The notes under the pieces were generated by a model. The model was given only the letters and a program-made list of their open reading frames with translations, was not told the origin of the DNA and did not search any database. Both the position numbers and the translations under genes were made by a program. Below, in pieces: positions 7,350-17,369 of a DNA stretch of 33,799 nucleotides (within the stretch, counting starts at the first letter, position 1; every line of letters begins with the position of its first letter). The DNA is from an uncultured Draconibacterium sp. (GTDB lineage Bacteria; Bacteroidota; Bacteroidia; Bacteroidales; JAADGE01), in NCBI GenBank assembly GCA_964500765.1, contig CAZCPV010000003.1, positions 1 to 33,799 of the forward strand. The letters are read 5' to 3'.

Positions 7350-8309
7350 ATGATAAATTTTTTATTTTTAGCCGGCGGCACGGCACTCATTATTTTCAGT
7401 GCAAATTGGCTGGTGGAAGGTGCTTCGGCAGTTGCCAAGAAATTCGGTATTAACGATTTGGTTATCGGTTTAACGATTGTTGCTTTCGGCACTTCGGCAC
7501 CGGAACTTACGGTTAATATTTTTTCGGCAATAAAGGGCTCTGTGGATATAGCAATAGGAAATGTTTTGGGAAGTAATATCAGCAATATTTTTTTAATTAT
7601 CGGCGTTGCAGCTGTCATTTATCCCATTCATATTCAGAATAATACAAAATGGAAAGAAATCCCTTTCAGCTTGTTGGCAATTGTTATTTTGGGTATTTTG
7701 GCTAACGATATTCTTATTGACAAAGCCGGTGCAGATTTAATTTCCCGCAGCGACGGAATTATTCTGCTGAGTTTCCTGATTATTTTTCTGATTTATACTT
7801 TCGGAATGGCTAAAAAAGGAAATGCACCGATTGAAAGCGATGAGAAAATTAAAGAACTGCCGATGCGGAAATCAATACTTCTTATTTTTGCAGGATTGGC
7901 GGGTTTGTATTTCGGCGGAGAATATTTAATTGACGGTGCCGTAGCTATTGCCAAAATGTTGGGGATGTCGGAACGTGTTATCGGACTTACGATTATTGCC
8001 GTAGGAACGTCATTGCCGGAATTGGCAACTTCTGTTGCAGCCGCCCGCAAAAAGAAACCGGATATTATTATCGGAAATGTTATCGGGTCTAATATTTTTA
8101 ATGTCTTTTTTATTTTGGGAACAACAGCAACTATAAGTCCGCTGCCTTTCAATTCTCAAATTAATTTTGATTTAATTATTGCAATGTTTGCAAGTATTTT
8201 ACTGTTTATCACTACAATGACATTCGGAAAAAAAGTAATTGTGAGAACCGAAGGTATCATTTTCCTGATAATTTATATTTCGTATATCACGTATTCGGTT
8301 ATTTCTTAA
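7350..8309 (+). CDS. Calcium/sodium antiporter (CaCA, YrbG-like)
   Basis: Two alpha-repeats, GTSAPE and GTSLPE, each followed by GNVxGSNI; ATG at 7350 preferred to the overlapping TTG at 7329. Confidence 0.92.
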   Translation: MINFLFLAGGTALIIFSANWLVEGASAVAKKFGINDLVIGLTIVAFGTSAPELTVNIFSAIKGSVDIAIGNVLGSNISNIFLIIGVAAVIYPIHIQNNTKWKEIPFSLLAIVILGILANDILIDKAGADLISRSDGIILLSFLIIFLIYTFGMAKKGNAPIESDEKIKELPMRKSILLIFAGLAGLYFGGEYLIDGAVAIAKMLGMSERVIGLTIIAVGTSLPELATSVAAARKKKPDIIIGNVIGSNIFNVFFILGTTATISPLPFNSQINFDLIIAMFASILLFITTMTFGKKVIVRTEGIIFLIIYISYITYSVIS

Positions 8310-9135
8310 TTTCGTTTATAATATGAATGTCTCTTTGCGGAAAAGGAATTTGTATATTATTTTCTCGAAATAAATTAAAAATACTTTTATTCAAATCACT
8401 TTTTGTTTGATTTATTCTGAATTTTTTCTTGCTCCAAAAAAACAATTTGAAATTTAAAGCCGAGTCGCCGAAACTTACCAACCGAACAAAGGGTGCCGGC
8501 GTATCGGCACAATCTTTATGTTCTTTTACCGCCTGCAATATCAGTTTACTTATTTCTTCCGGATTGCTGTTGTACGAAACACCTATATCCAAAGAAAATC
8601 GTGATTTTTCTTTTCCGTGTTCCCAAAAATTTATCTGATTACTTAACAATTTTGAATTCGGAATAATCATTTTAATATCATCTCTGTCCGTTCCTTCCGA
8701 AAATCGCATTTTTAAATTTGTTATCTTAATCACCTTACCGTCAGATAGTTCAATAATTGTTCCTATGGTAATTTTTTTCTCGAAAAGCACAACCAATCCG
8801 GCAAACATATCATACAAATATTGCTGAATACCTATACCCAAGCCAATCAAAAGAGCCGATGACCCGGCAATCAACATCGTAACGTTTACACCTATAATAT
8901 TTAATATTACCGTAAATCCGACAAGCCACACAAAATATTTAATAATAATAAAAAAAGTCATCCACTCTTCCGGTTGCAATCCTCGTTTTTTGCCCGAAAT
9001 TTTAAATCCTTTTTTTATCAGAATCAAAATCAATTTTGTAAACAACCAAACAGCAAGTATTTTCAATATACTTTCAGTTGTAATTTGAATATTGTGATAG
9101 TCAATAAGTCTGTAAGATAAAAATTCCTCAATCAT
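8299..9135 (-). CDS. Small-conductance mechanosensitive channel (MscS family)
   Basis: TM3-like GSSALLIGLGIGIQ, IIPNS, DIGVSY, FGDSALNF and IPFPQRDIHI. Confidence 0.9.
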   Translation of the reverse strand: MIEEFLSYRLIDYHNIQITTESILKILAVWLFTKLILILIKKGFKISGKKRGLQPEEWMTFFIIIKYFVWLVGFTVILNIIGVNVTMLIAGSSALLIGLGIGIQQYLYDMFAGLVVLFEKKITIGTIIELSDGKVIKITNLKMRFSEGTDRDDIKMIIPNSKLLSNQINFWEHGKEKSRFSLDIGVSYNSNPEEISKLILQAVKEHKDCADTPAPFVRLVSFGDSALNFKLFFWSKKKFRINQTKSDLNKSIFNLFRENNIQIPFPQRDIHIINEIKK

Positions 9136-9140
9136 ATCGT

Positions 9141-10385
9141 TTATTTAACAATTAAACCGTATTTTTCTGCTTTTAATGTATCTTTAAATCCGAAAACAAA
9201 GGCACGTTTCAAGTATTTTTCGCTTAAAGCGGAATTATTTTTTTGTTTTTCTCTTACCGAAGCAAAAAACCACATATCAGGATTTTCGGGTTCGAGATAT
9301 TCGTATATTTTTAAGTATTTATCGATATTTTTACTCCACGGATTTGTAATTTCTTTATTTACAAACGAATACATTGCAATTCCGAGATACGCTTTTGTGC
9401 GGGCATAACTTTCGGCTTCAAGGCGATTTTTCGATTTCATTAATTTAGTGACAGTAAGGATTTCACTATGCCAATAGCTTAATTTTTTACTGTTAAGATA
9501 CTGAATATAAAGATTATTCCTGTCAATTTCTTTTTGCAGAGATGCTTCGTATTGTTTCACAAACACTTTAAAATTTTTATCGTTCAAAAGTTTATTTAAT
9601 TTATTTTCGCTTTCGGGAATACCTGTTTTATAAGCAAGTTCATACTTTTTAAATGCTTTGAAATAATCTTTTTCTTTTAAAAATTTATCACCTTCTTTAA
9701 TAAAGTTTTGATTTAATGCAGATTGAATTCCGGTTTTTCCGAATAAAAAACGTATTGCCGTTAAAATATCATTTTCCGGAGGCCACTCGTGAATACCGTC
9801 AAAAACAAGCGTTAAAACATTTTTATTTTTCACGACTTCCGAAAAAGGAGAATAATATTGCTCGATAAAATTAAAATCTTTTGTTCCGACAATCATTGCC
9901 AAAGGAAAATCAAGCATCGAGATTTTTTGCATATTAATACCCGCCCCGCACATCAAAATCCCGTTTGTTTTATGCGAAAGGGCATATTGAAAAGCCATTC
10001 TTGCTCCGCCGGAAAATCCGGCAATATAAATTTGCTTCGACCTTAAATTCAACTTTCTTTTTGCCGAATATATGTCATTTTCAATATTTTGCATATAATC
10101 CGGCTGATTATTTTCAACATCGTTCAGCCCGATTAAAGTGCAATCGTAATTATCCGCAATTTTTTCAAATTTCGACAAAGCAAATTTTCCGTCGCCGTGC
10201 GGGTCGATAACAACAATTAATGTTTCTTTTGCTTTTTCTTTATTTTTGCTTTGCAAAACTTCAAAATTTCCCGAAGCGATTTCTGTTTTTTTTATCTTTT
10301 TTGTCTTTTCCGATTTAGAATTATCGTTTTCGGAGCTGCAACTTGCAACAATAAATAAAGCAAGAATTAAAAATACTTTTTTCAT
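9141..10385 (-). CDS. Alpha/beta-hydrolase lipoprotein with helical (TPR-like) C-terminal region
   Basis: Lipobox VASC; nucleophile elbow GFSGG; acid in GTKD; His in GIHEWP. Confidence 0.75.
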   Translation of the reverse strand: MKKVFLILALFIVASCSSENDNSKSEKTKKIKKTEIASGNFEVLQSKNKEKAKETLIVVIDPHGDGKFALSKFEKIADNYDCTLIGLNDVENNQPDYMQNIENDIYSAKRKLNLRSKQIYIAGFSGGARMAFQYALSHKTNGILMCGAGINMQKISMLDFPLAMIVGTKDFNFIEQYYSPFSEVVKNKNVLTLVFDGIHEWPPENDILTAIRFLFGKTGIQSALNQNFIKEGDKFLKEKDYFKAFKKYELAYKTGIPESENKLNKLLNDKNFKVFVKQYEASLQKEIDRNNLYIQYLNSKKLSYWHSEILTVTKLMKSKNRLEAESYARTKAYLGIAMYSFVNKEITNPWSKNIDKYLKIYEYLEPENPDMWFFASVREKQKNNSALSEKYLKRAFVFGFKDTLKAEKYGLIVK

Positions 10386-10389
10386 AAAT

Positions 10390-12882
10390 TTAATGTTTTC
10401 TTTTTTTTCTTCTTCTGAAAAACCAAATTAACGCAATAAAAAATAAGAGAATCGGTGCAAACACTTTTACGCTTGCCGCAAAATTAATATCATTGTTTAA
10501 TAAATCAGCATGTTCTTTATCGCTGTGCGGCGACATACCGAGCATATCGCCGGCAGAAGTTATTGCACGCATCGACAAATTACCGTCCGGAATGTCTTTA
10601 TGACAGGCAATACAAGTTCCGACTCTTTCCATGTGTTCTCGTTGTTCCTGCGATAAAGGTGCCGACAAATCCCAATGATGCCCCACGGTTTGAATTTGCT
10701 TACCGTCTCTTGTTACAACCTGCGACAAATCCATAGGCAAATCTTCAATTTTTGAAAACTGCGGTGTCGAACGATTACTGATATTTTCGCCTTGTGCATT
10801 CCTTAAATCGGCATATCTGTCTGTTTCATATCCTTTCATATATTTGCCGTCATTCACACCGTATCCCAAAGCTTTCGGGTCGGCATGGCACGACATACAC
10901 GAGCGGGCTTCTTTCGTTACCGTGTGCGGTTGTGCCGGCGACATATCCATTCCTCTTTGCCCTTCTTTTCCGCCGTTTTCGGTTCCGGGCGGTGTTCTCC
11001 AAATTTTATTTACAAAAACCGGCTTCCCGTCGGTTCCTATAACGGTTGTAATTTGCTGACATCCCGGAATAATCGGTGTTACTCTGCCTTCTCCGTTTAT
11101 GCCGAGTATCGGATTTTCCCACCGAGTATATGTTCTGCTCTCCGTAACTTTCCCTTTTAATTTTTTCATTTTTTCGCCTTCCTGTGTTTCTGAAGTTTCA
11201 CCGTTCGGAAAATGTGCTCCGCCGGTTTTCAGCCAATCGGTTGCTTCTGCTCCTTTACTGTAATCTACTTTTACATGACAACCGTAACATTGCGGTGCCC
11301 AAGTCGAATGGCAGGAGTAACATTCCATTTTGTCAATATGTTTGCCGATATTAACCATTGCCGTAACAGCTTTATCCGGATGTTCCCATGAATTTTCTTC
11401 CGTCATTTTTTTCAAAACCGGAACTTTAAAATCCAAACCCGATGCCGAATGAACAATTACCTCATCGCCTTTTCGAACGACATTGCCGTACGGATTTCCT
11501 CGTGCCGAAAGAATATATCCGTCTTCCTTCGGATAAACAGTCGAAAATTTACGAGTTACAATTAATAAGGTGTCGGATGTTCCTCTCGGCGTATCATTTA
11601 ATTTTGCCCCGAATTCATCACCGTATCCTATCGGCAATTCCCAAGGATATTTCTTCGGTGTACCGTGGCAATCGGCACATTCCGTTTCTACCGAAGCCAA
11701 TGTGGTACCGTCAATATTTCCGTTTCCGTGCATCGAAACGGTTGTATGGCAATCTTGGCACAACAAACCGCCCTTCGGATTCCCTTTTCTGCTTTTTACG
11801 CTGTGGTGTGCATCATCTTGTATAAAATGATAATATTTTCCGTGCAGTTTATACTGTTTGCTTCCGTCGGAATTAAAAGTCGTACCGTAGGGTTGTTCCA
11901 TTATTCCGAGATACGAAACACCTATTCGCTTACCCCTGTTATGACAAGTTGTACAAGTTTCGGAAGGTATTCCCGAATAACTTTTACCGTGTAATTTTAC
12001 CTTGGTTTTTCGTGAAGACTGAATAGAATGAACCAGAAGATGTCCCGGAACATCTTTCGGAATTGTCGGGTCGTTCCCTTCGTAAAATCCGACATCGCTG
12101 TACGGAATATGGCAAGCCGCACAACCTGTTCCTCTGTAATCGCCTCTTCTTTGTTTTCCTCTTACACCGACATGGCAACGCAAACATTCCGAACGCAAAT
12201 AGGTTAAAACACCTTGTTCGGGATGTTCATTAATTGTATTTACATCCGCATCCGGAAGTTGCTCCAGGTGATCGGGAAAATTACCGGGATATTTTTTTGC
12301 CAATTTGTGTATATAATTTTTATAAACATCGGTTCCCCATACAGGCATATTTCCGTCGGGGTCGTCTAAATCATAATTCCCGTATTTTGTTGCATAGCCC
12401 TCAAGTGTTGCACCCCAACCCCACAAAGCACCTTGTATTTTCCCTGCTTCCGTTTGCATTAAACTTCGTTTTTCGTTATAAACGTGTTCTTTATGACATT
12501 GTCCGCATGTTTTGTCCTTTACCCAAACCGAACCGGGATGTTTTATTAAATTTTTATGTGCAAGCTTTTTATTTTTAATTTGAGAAACATCTCCCTGATG
12601 ACAAACGACACAACCGTTCGGATCTCCGAGCTTTGCACCTTTTGCATAAATTTGTCTCATCATTTCGGAATTATGATCTCGTATAGGTGCAATCCCTTTG
12701 TGGCAAGTTAAACATCCTTTTTCGGATGCGGGAAAATCCGTCAAATTTTTTTTCGGTTCTTTTTTTATCGTCTTTTTATGTATTTTTTTATTTTTTACAA
12801 TTTTAGGCGGAGCCGAAGAAAATGCAGATATAATACTGATAATAAACACCAAACAGACGGAATACAAAATTATTTTTTTCAT
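10390..12882 (-). CDS. Large multiheme cytochrome c (12 CxxCH motifs) with C-terminal membrane anchor
   Basis: CLTCH, CVVCH, CGQCH, CLRCH, CAACH, CTTCH, CQDCH, CADCH, CYSCH, CYGCH, CMSCH, CIACH; N-terminal signal sequence; C-terminal hydrophobic helix plus RRRKKRKH. Confidence 0.92.
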   Translation of the reverse strand: MKKIILYSVCLVFIISIISAFSSAPPKIVKNKKIHKKTIKKEPKKNLTDFPASEKGCLTCHKGIAPIRDHNSEMMRQIYAKGAKLGDPNGCVVCHQGDVSQIKNKKLAHKNLIKHPGSVWVKDKTCGQCHKEHVYNEKRSLMQTEAGKIQGALWGWGATLEGYATKYGNYDLDDPDGNMPVWGTDVYKNYIHKLAKKYPGNFPDHLEQLPDADVNTINEHPEQGVLTYLRSECLRCHVGVRGKQRRGDYRGTGCAACHIPYSDVGFYEGNDPTIPKDVPGHLLVHSIQSSRKTKVKLHGKSYSGIPSETCTTCHNRGKRIGVSYLGIMEQPYGTTFNSDGSKQYKLHGKYYHFIQDDAHHSVKSRKGNPKGGLLCQDCHTTVSMHGNGNIDGTTLASVETECADCHGTPKKYPWELPIGYGDEFGAKLNDTPRGTSDTLLIVTRKFSTVYPKEDGYILSARGNPYGNVVRKGDEVIVHSASGLDFKVPVLKKMTEENSWEHPDKAVTAMVNIGKHIDKMECYSCHSTWAPQCYGCHVKVDYSKGAEATDWLKTGGAHFPNGETSETQEGEKMKKLKGKVTESRTYTRWENPILGINGEGRVTPIIPGCQQITTVIGTDGKPVFVNKIWRTPPGTENGGKEGQRGMDMSPAQPHTVTKEARSCMSCHADPKALGYGVNDGKYMKGYETDRYADLRNAQGENISNRSTPQFSKIEDLPMDLSQVVTRDGKQIQTVGHHWDLSAPLSQEQREHMERVGTCIACHKDIPDGNLSMRAITSAGDMLGMSPHSDKEHADLLNNDINFAASVKVFAPILLFFIALIWFFRRRKKRKH

Positions 12883-12972
12883 ATTTTAAAAATCAAAATT
12901 CGAAAAACTTACAAATTGAAAAATCAAAAACTTAATAATTCCGAAAATTATACATTATAAAGCAATTATTTA

Positions 12973-12980
12973 TATTTTTG
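12973..12980 (+). promoter_or_regulatory. Bacteroidota -7 element (TATTTTTG) for the guaB operon
   Basis: TAnnTTTG match 43 nt upstream of guaB. Confidence 0.55.
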
Positions 12981-13023
12981 TCGGTTAATATTTACAATTT
13001 ATATTCTTTCTAAAATAAATGCG

Positions 13024-14496
13024 ATGTCTTTTTTTTCAGAAAAAATAAGTTCGGAAGCTTATACATTCGACGATGTTTTACTTCTGCCCGCCTATTCGGA
13101 GGTTCTTCCCCGCGAAACGGACATCTGTTCACAATTCAGCAGAAATATTAATCTGAAAACACCGATTGTTTCGGCGGCAATGGACACCGTAACCGAAGCG
13201 TGGTTGGCAATTGCAATAGCACGTGAAGGAGGCATCGGTGTTATTCATAAAAATATGCGTATTGAAAGGCAGGCACAGCAGGTAAAACAAGTGAAGCGTG
13301 CCGAAAACGGAATGATTATAGATCCCGTAACAATTTCTGCCGAAAATACCGTTGAAGATGCTCTGGCATTAATGAAAAAATATAAAATCGGAGGAATTCC
13401 GGTTGTTGCAGAAAATTTAAAATTAATCGGAATTGTTACAAACAGAGATTTACGTTTTGAAAAACGATTCAAAAGAAAAATAAAAGATGTAATGACTTCC
13501 GAAAATTTAATTACGACTTCGCAAACTACCGACTTGGAAAAAGCTTCTGAAATATTACAAAAATACAAAATAGAAAAGTTGCCGGTTGTTGATGATAATT
13601 ACAAATTAATCGGACTAATCACATATAAAGACATAACCAAGGCAAAAGATCGTCCGCATTCTTGTAAAGACAATAAAGGACGTTTAAGAGTTGCCGCCGG
13701 TGTGGGTGTTACAAATGATGTTTTTGACAGAATCGAAGCGGTATATAAAGCCGGTGCAGATGCCGTAGTTATTGATACGGCACACGGACATTCAAAGGGT
13801 GTAATCAACACTTTAAAAGAAGCAAAGAAAAAATATAAAAATATTGATTTTATTGTAGGAAATATAGCAACGGCACAAGCAGCAAAAGATTTGGCAGATG
13901 CCGGAGCAGATGCCGTAAAAGTGGGTATAGGTCCCGGGTCTATTTGTACGACAAGAATTATTGCCGGTGTAGGTGTGCCTCAATTATCGGCAATTTATAA
14001 TGTTGCCGAAGAATTAAAAACAAAGAAAATTCCGGTCATTGCCGACGGAGGTATTCGTTATTCGGGAGATATCGTAAAAGCATTGGCGGCAGGTGCCTCT
14101 TCCGTAATGGTCGGTTCGCTGTTGGCAGGTGTTGACGAATCGCCGGGCGACACAATAATTTATCAAGGTCGGAAGTTTAAGACCTATCGCGGAATGGGCT
14201 CGGTAGAAGCCATGCAGGAAGGATCAAAAGACCGATATTTTCAGGATACCGAAGAAGACGTAAAAAAATTAGTCCCCGAAGGTATTTCCGGAAGAGTGCC
14301 GTATAAAGGGACTTTGCACGAAGTAATGGTTCAACTTACCGGCGGCTTAAGGTCGGGAATGGGCTATTGCGGTGCAAAAAACATAAAAGATTTACATCAT
14401 GCAAAATTTGTAAAAATAACCTCTGCCGGAGTTACGGAAAATCATCCGCACGATATTACCATAACAAGAGAAGCACCGAATTACAGCAGAAGATAA
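13024..14496 (+). CDS. guaB: IMP dehydrogenase
   Basis: [19 protein letters not shown] pair, catalytic [17 protein letters not shown] and YRGMGS. Confidence 0.98.
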   Translation: MSFFSEKISSEAYTFDDVLLLPAYSEVLPRETDICSQFSRNINLKTPIVSAAMDTVTEAWLAIAIAREGGIGVIHKNMRIERQAQQVKQVKRAENGMIIDPVTISAENTVEDALALMKKYKIGGIPVVAENLKLIGIVTNRDLRFEKRFKRKIKDVMTSENLITTSQTTDLEKASEILQKYKIEKLPVVDDNYKLIGLITYKDITKAKDRPHSCKDNKGRLRVAAGVGVTNDVFDRIEAVYKAGADAVVIDTAHGHSKGVINTLKEAKKKYKNIDFIVGNIATAQAAKDLADAGADAVKVGIGPGSICTTRIIAGVGVPQLSAIYNVAEELKTKKIPVIADGGIRYSGDIVKALAAGASSVMVGSLLAGVDESPGDTIIYQGRKFKTYRGMGSVEAMQEGSKDRYFQDTEEDVKKLVPEGISGRVPYKGTLHEVMVQLTGGLRSGMGYCGAKNIKDLHHAKFVKITSAGVTENHPHDITITREAPNYSRR

Positions 14497-14532
14497 AATA
14501 AACTAATTATAAAATTAAAAAAATAAGTGAAA

Positions 14533-16488
14533 ATGAAAACAATCAAATTAACAGCAGTTTTATTATTTTTTTCATTAACCGTTTTCTCACAAACAGATAA
14601 TACACTACTGACTATCGGAAACAAAAAAATTTCCGGCGATGAATTTATGTACATCTACAAAAAAAACAATTCCGATAACATCAATAAGGAATCGGTTGAC
14701 AATTACTTAAAATTATTTACCGATTTTAAACTTAAAGTTACGGAAGCGGAAAATTTAAAAATGGATACGGCAAAAGCTTTTAAAAAAGAACTTGCAGGAT
14801 ACCGAACCCAGCTTGCAAAACCTTATCTTGCAGAAAATATTAAATGGAAAGAGTTAATCGATGAAGCTGTTAAAAGAGCCGACAAAGAAGTTAAATTAGA
14901 TATTATCTTTACAAAACTTGAAAGAAATCCGTCTCCGGAAGACACTTTAAAAGCATACAAAAAACAACTTGAAATTCGCAAAAAATTATTACAAGGCGAA
15001 AATTTTGATTCCGTAGCCGTTGCCTATTCCGACGACAGAAATGTTAAAAAAAATAAAGGTCATTTATCTTATTTAAAACCTCTGCGAATACCTTACAATA
15101 TTCAAAATTTTGCTTTCAACGCAAAAAAAGGCGATATTTCTATGCCGATAAAAACAGATTTCGGATATTATTTGGTAAGACTTGCCGATATGAGACCTCA
15201 ACAGGGTTTTGTAAAAGTTGCCCATATTATGATTTCCGGCAACGACCGTTTACCCGATTCAATAAAAGCCGAAAAGAAAAATAAAATAGACAGCATATAC
15301 ACCCGCCTGCAAGCCGGAGATAAATTTGAAGATTTAGTAAAATATTCGGACGACAAAGCATCGGCAAAAAAAGGCGGCGAATTACCCGAATTTTCAACCG
15401 GAAGAATGGTTCCCGAATTTGAAAAAGCAGCATTCGCACTGAAAAAACCCGGCGAATACAGCAAACCGATAAAAACGCGCTTCGGATGGCACATTATTAA
15501 ACTCATTTCCGTACGTCCGCCCGACAGTCCCGAAAAAGACAGAGATAAAATTAAAAAAACAGTTGAAAATGATAAAGACAGAAAAGCAATCGTAAAAAAA
15601 TATGTTACCGACAGACTTAAAAAAGAATATCATTTTAAACAAATTAAATCTCCCGAGATTTTAATCGGGTTTGTTGATTCTACACTTTTTGAAGGAAAAT
15701 GGAAAATGCCCGTAACCAAGAAACCCGACTACACATTATTTTCTTTAAACAACAAACAATATTCCGACAGAGATTTTGCTCGTTTTATTGAAAAAAATCA
15801 AAAAAGAAATAAAAATACGGATTTTAAAACACTTATTAATAAGTATTACAACGATTTCGTATATCAAACATTAACAGAAACCGAAATTAACAATCTTGAA
15901 AAAACAAAACCCGAATTCAGTTACTTGTTAAAAGAATATCACGACGGAATGTTGCTTTTCGATTTAATGAAAAAGAAAATTTGGGACAAAGCATCGGAAG
16001 ATACCGTCGGCTTACAAAAATTTTATAAAGATAACTACGACTCATTATACAGCAAACAAACAAGTTACAACATAACCGTTTTTAAATACAAAAATGCGAA
16101 AGACGCAAAAAAAGCACTGCGATTTTTGAAAAAAAGAAAATATACCGACAGTTTGTTGGTAAATAAATTAAGCAAAGGAGACACAACACGATTTTATATT
16201 GAAGATTCCGGCGAATTTACAAAAGGAGAAAATATATACGCCGATAAAATATTCTCGGAAAAAGAACCCGAAAGCAAAAAAGTTTTCAACTATCCGAAAG
16301 ACAAAATCATTATAGCCGTTAAAGGAAAAAAAATATCAAAAGGAAAACCGTTTGAAGAAATAAAAGGTGTTGTCATTTCAGACTACCAAAATTATCTTGA
16401 AAAACAATGGTTGAAAGAATTAAGAAAAAAATATTCCGTTGTTATAAATAAAAACGAACTGAACAAAATCAAAGCAAACTTAAAATAA
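14533..16488 (+). CDS. Periplasmic parvulin-type peptidyl-prolyl isomerase with two PpiC domains
   Basis: Signal peptide ending VFS-Q; rotamase motifs YSDD..GHL..TDFGYY and AHIM..YSDD..GGEL..MVPEFE..TRFGWHII. Confidence 0.88.
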   Translation: MKTIKLTAVLLFFSLTVFSQTDNTLLTIGNKKISGDEFMYIYKKNNSDNINKESVDNYLKLFTDFKLKVTEAENLKMDTAKAFKKELAGYRTQLAKPYLAENIKWKELIDEAVKRADKEVKLDIIFTKLERNPSPEDTLKAYKKQLEIRKKLLQGENFDSVAVAYSDDRNVKKNKGHLSYLKPLRIPYNIQNFAFNAKKGDISMPIKTDFGYYLVRLADMRPQQGFVKVAHIMISGNDRLPDSIKAEKKNKIDSIYTRLQAGDKFEDLVKYSDDKASAKKGGELPEFSTGRMVPEFEKAAFALKKPGEYSKPIKTRFGWHIIKLISVRPPDSPEKDRDKIKKTVENDKDRKAIVKKYVTDRLKKEYHFKQIKSPEILIGFVDSTLFEGKWKMPVTKKPDYTLFSLNNKQYSDRDFARFIEKNQKRNKNTDFKTLINKYYNDFVYQTLTETEINNLEKTKPEFSYLLKEYHDGMLLFDLMKKKIWDKASEDTVGLQKFYKDNYDSLYSKQTSYNITVFKYKNAKDAKKALRFLKKRKYTDSLLVNKLSKGDTTRFYIEDSGEFTKGENIYADKIFSEKEPESKKVFNYPKDKIIIAVKGKKISKGKPFEEIKGVVISDYQNYLEKQWLKELRKKYSVVINKNELNKIKANLK

Positions 16489-16518
16489 GCAAACAACTCC
16501 GATAATCTTGTAACTATT

Positions 16519-17367
16519 ATGCACAAATTTCGTTATATATTTTTAATTGCAAGCGTTCTTTTTATTTTTTCTTGTAAAAAAGAAGAACAAAAAACGGAAT
16601 TGGCTTCGGTTTACGGCAAGAAATTGTATTTAGAAGATATTCAAGATATTATCCCGAAAGGAACGAATAAAACAGACAGTTTAATGATTTTAAAAAACAA
16701 AGTCGATTTGTGGGTAAGAAAACAAACATTATTAAACCGTGCGGAAATTAATTTATCCGAAGAACAAAAAGACATTGATTATCTTGTTAAAGAATACAGA
16801 GAATCGCTTATTATTGAAAAATATAAACAAGAATATCTCAAACAAAATCCGGATACAATTATCACAAAAGTTCAAATCGAATCTTATTACAACGAATATC
16901 CGGAAAGTTTCAGCTTAAACAACGATATTGTAAAAGCCCTTTATTTTAAGTTTAACAGTAATGAAAAAAAACTGAATAATTTTAAACATTATTTTTTTTC
17001 GGACGAACCGGATGCCGTTGATAAAATGAAAGAAATTGCAAAAAATAATGCCGAAGATTATATCGACTTTTCCGAAAGATGGGTCAATCTGTCTGTTATT
17101 TCAAACCTGTTACCCATTTCTTTAAATAATGCCGAAACAATTGTAAATCAGAGCAAACGAATTCAAACAAGAGATAAAAATTTTCTTTATTTTGTATATT
17201 TTACGGATTACAAATTGAAAGGACAAAGAATGCCGATTGAATTTGCCGAAGACAAAATAAAAATGATTATTTTAAACAAACGAAAAAGTAATTTAATTAA
17301 CAAATTAGAAACAAAAATTTATAAAAATGCCGTAAAAAACGGCAGAATAAAAGTTTATATCAAATAA
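16519..17367 (+). CDS. SurA/PrsA-related lipoprotein (degenerate PPIase)
   Basis: Lipobox IFSC; LASVYGKKLY and helical chaperone-like core; sits between the two PPIase genes as in the usual Bacteroidota cluster. Confidence 0.7.
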   Translation: MHKFRYIFLIASVLFIFSCKKEEQKTELASVYGKKLYLEDIQDIIPKGTNKTDSLMILKNKVDLWVRKQTLLNRAEINLSEEQKDIDYLVKEYRESLIIEKYKQEYLKQNPDTIITKVQIESYYNEYPESFSLNNDIVKALYFKFNSNEKKLNNFKHYFFSDEPDAVDKMKEIAKNNAEDYIDFSERWVNLSVISNLLPISLNNAETIVNQSKRIQTRDKNFLYFVYFTDYKLKGQRMPIEFAEDKIKMIILNKRKSNLINKLETKIYKNAVKNGRIKVYIK

Positions 17368-17369
17368 AA

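Noticed and set aside
10794-12960. Many 60-127-aa ORFs antisense to the cytochrome, and similar ones opposite hoxH, moxR, elbB and lpxH
   Set aside because: Shadow ORFs of well-supported genes, with no motifs.
12883-13023. Purine riboswitch upstream of guaB
   Set aside because: Leader is only ~40 nt, extremely AT-rich, with no aptamer motif.
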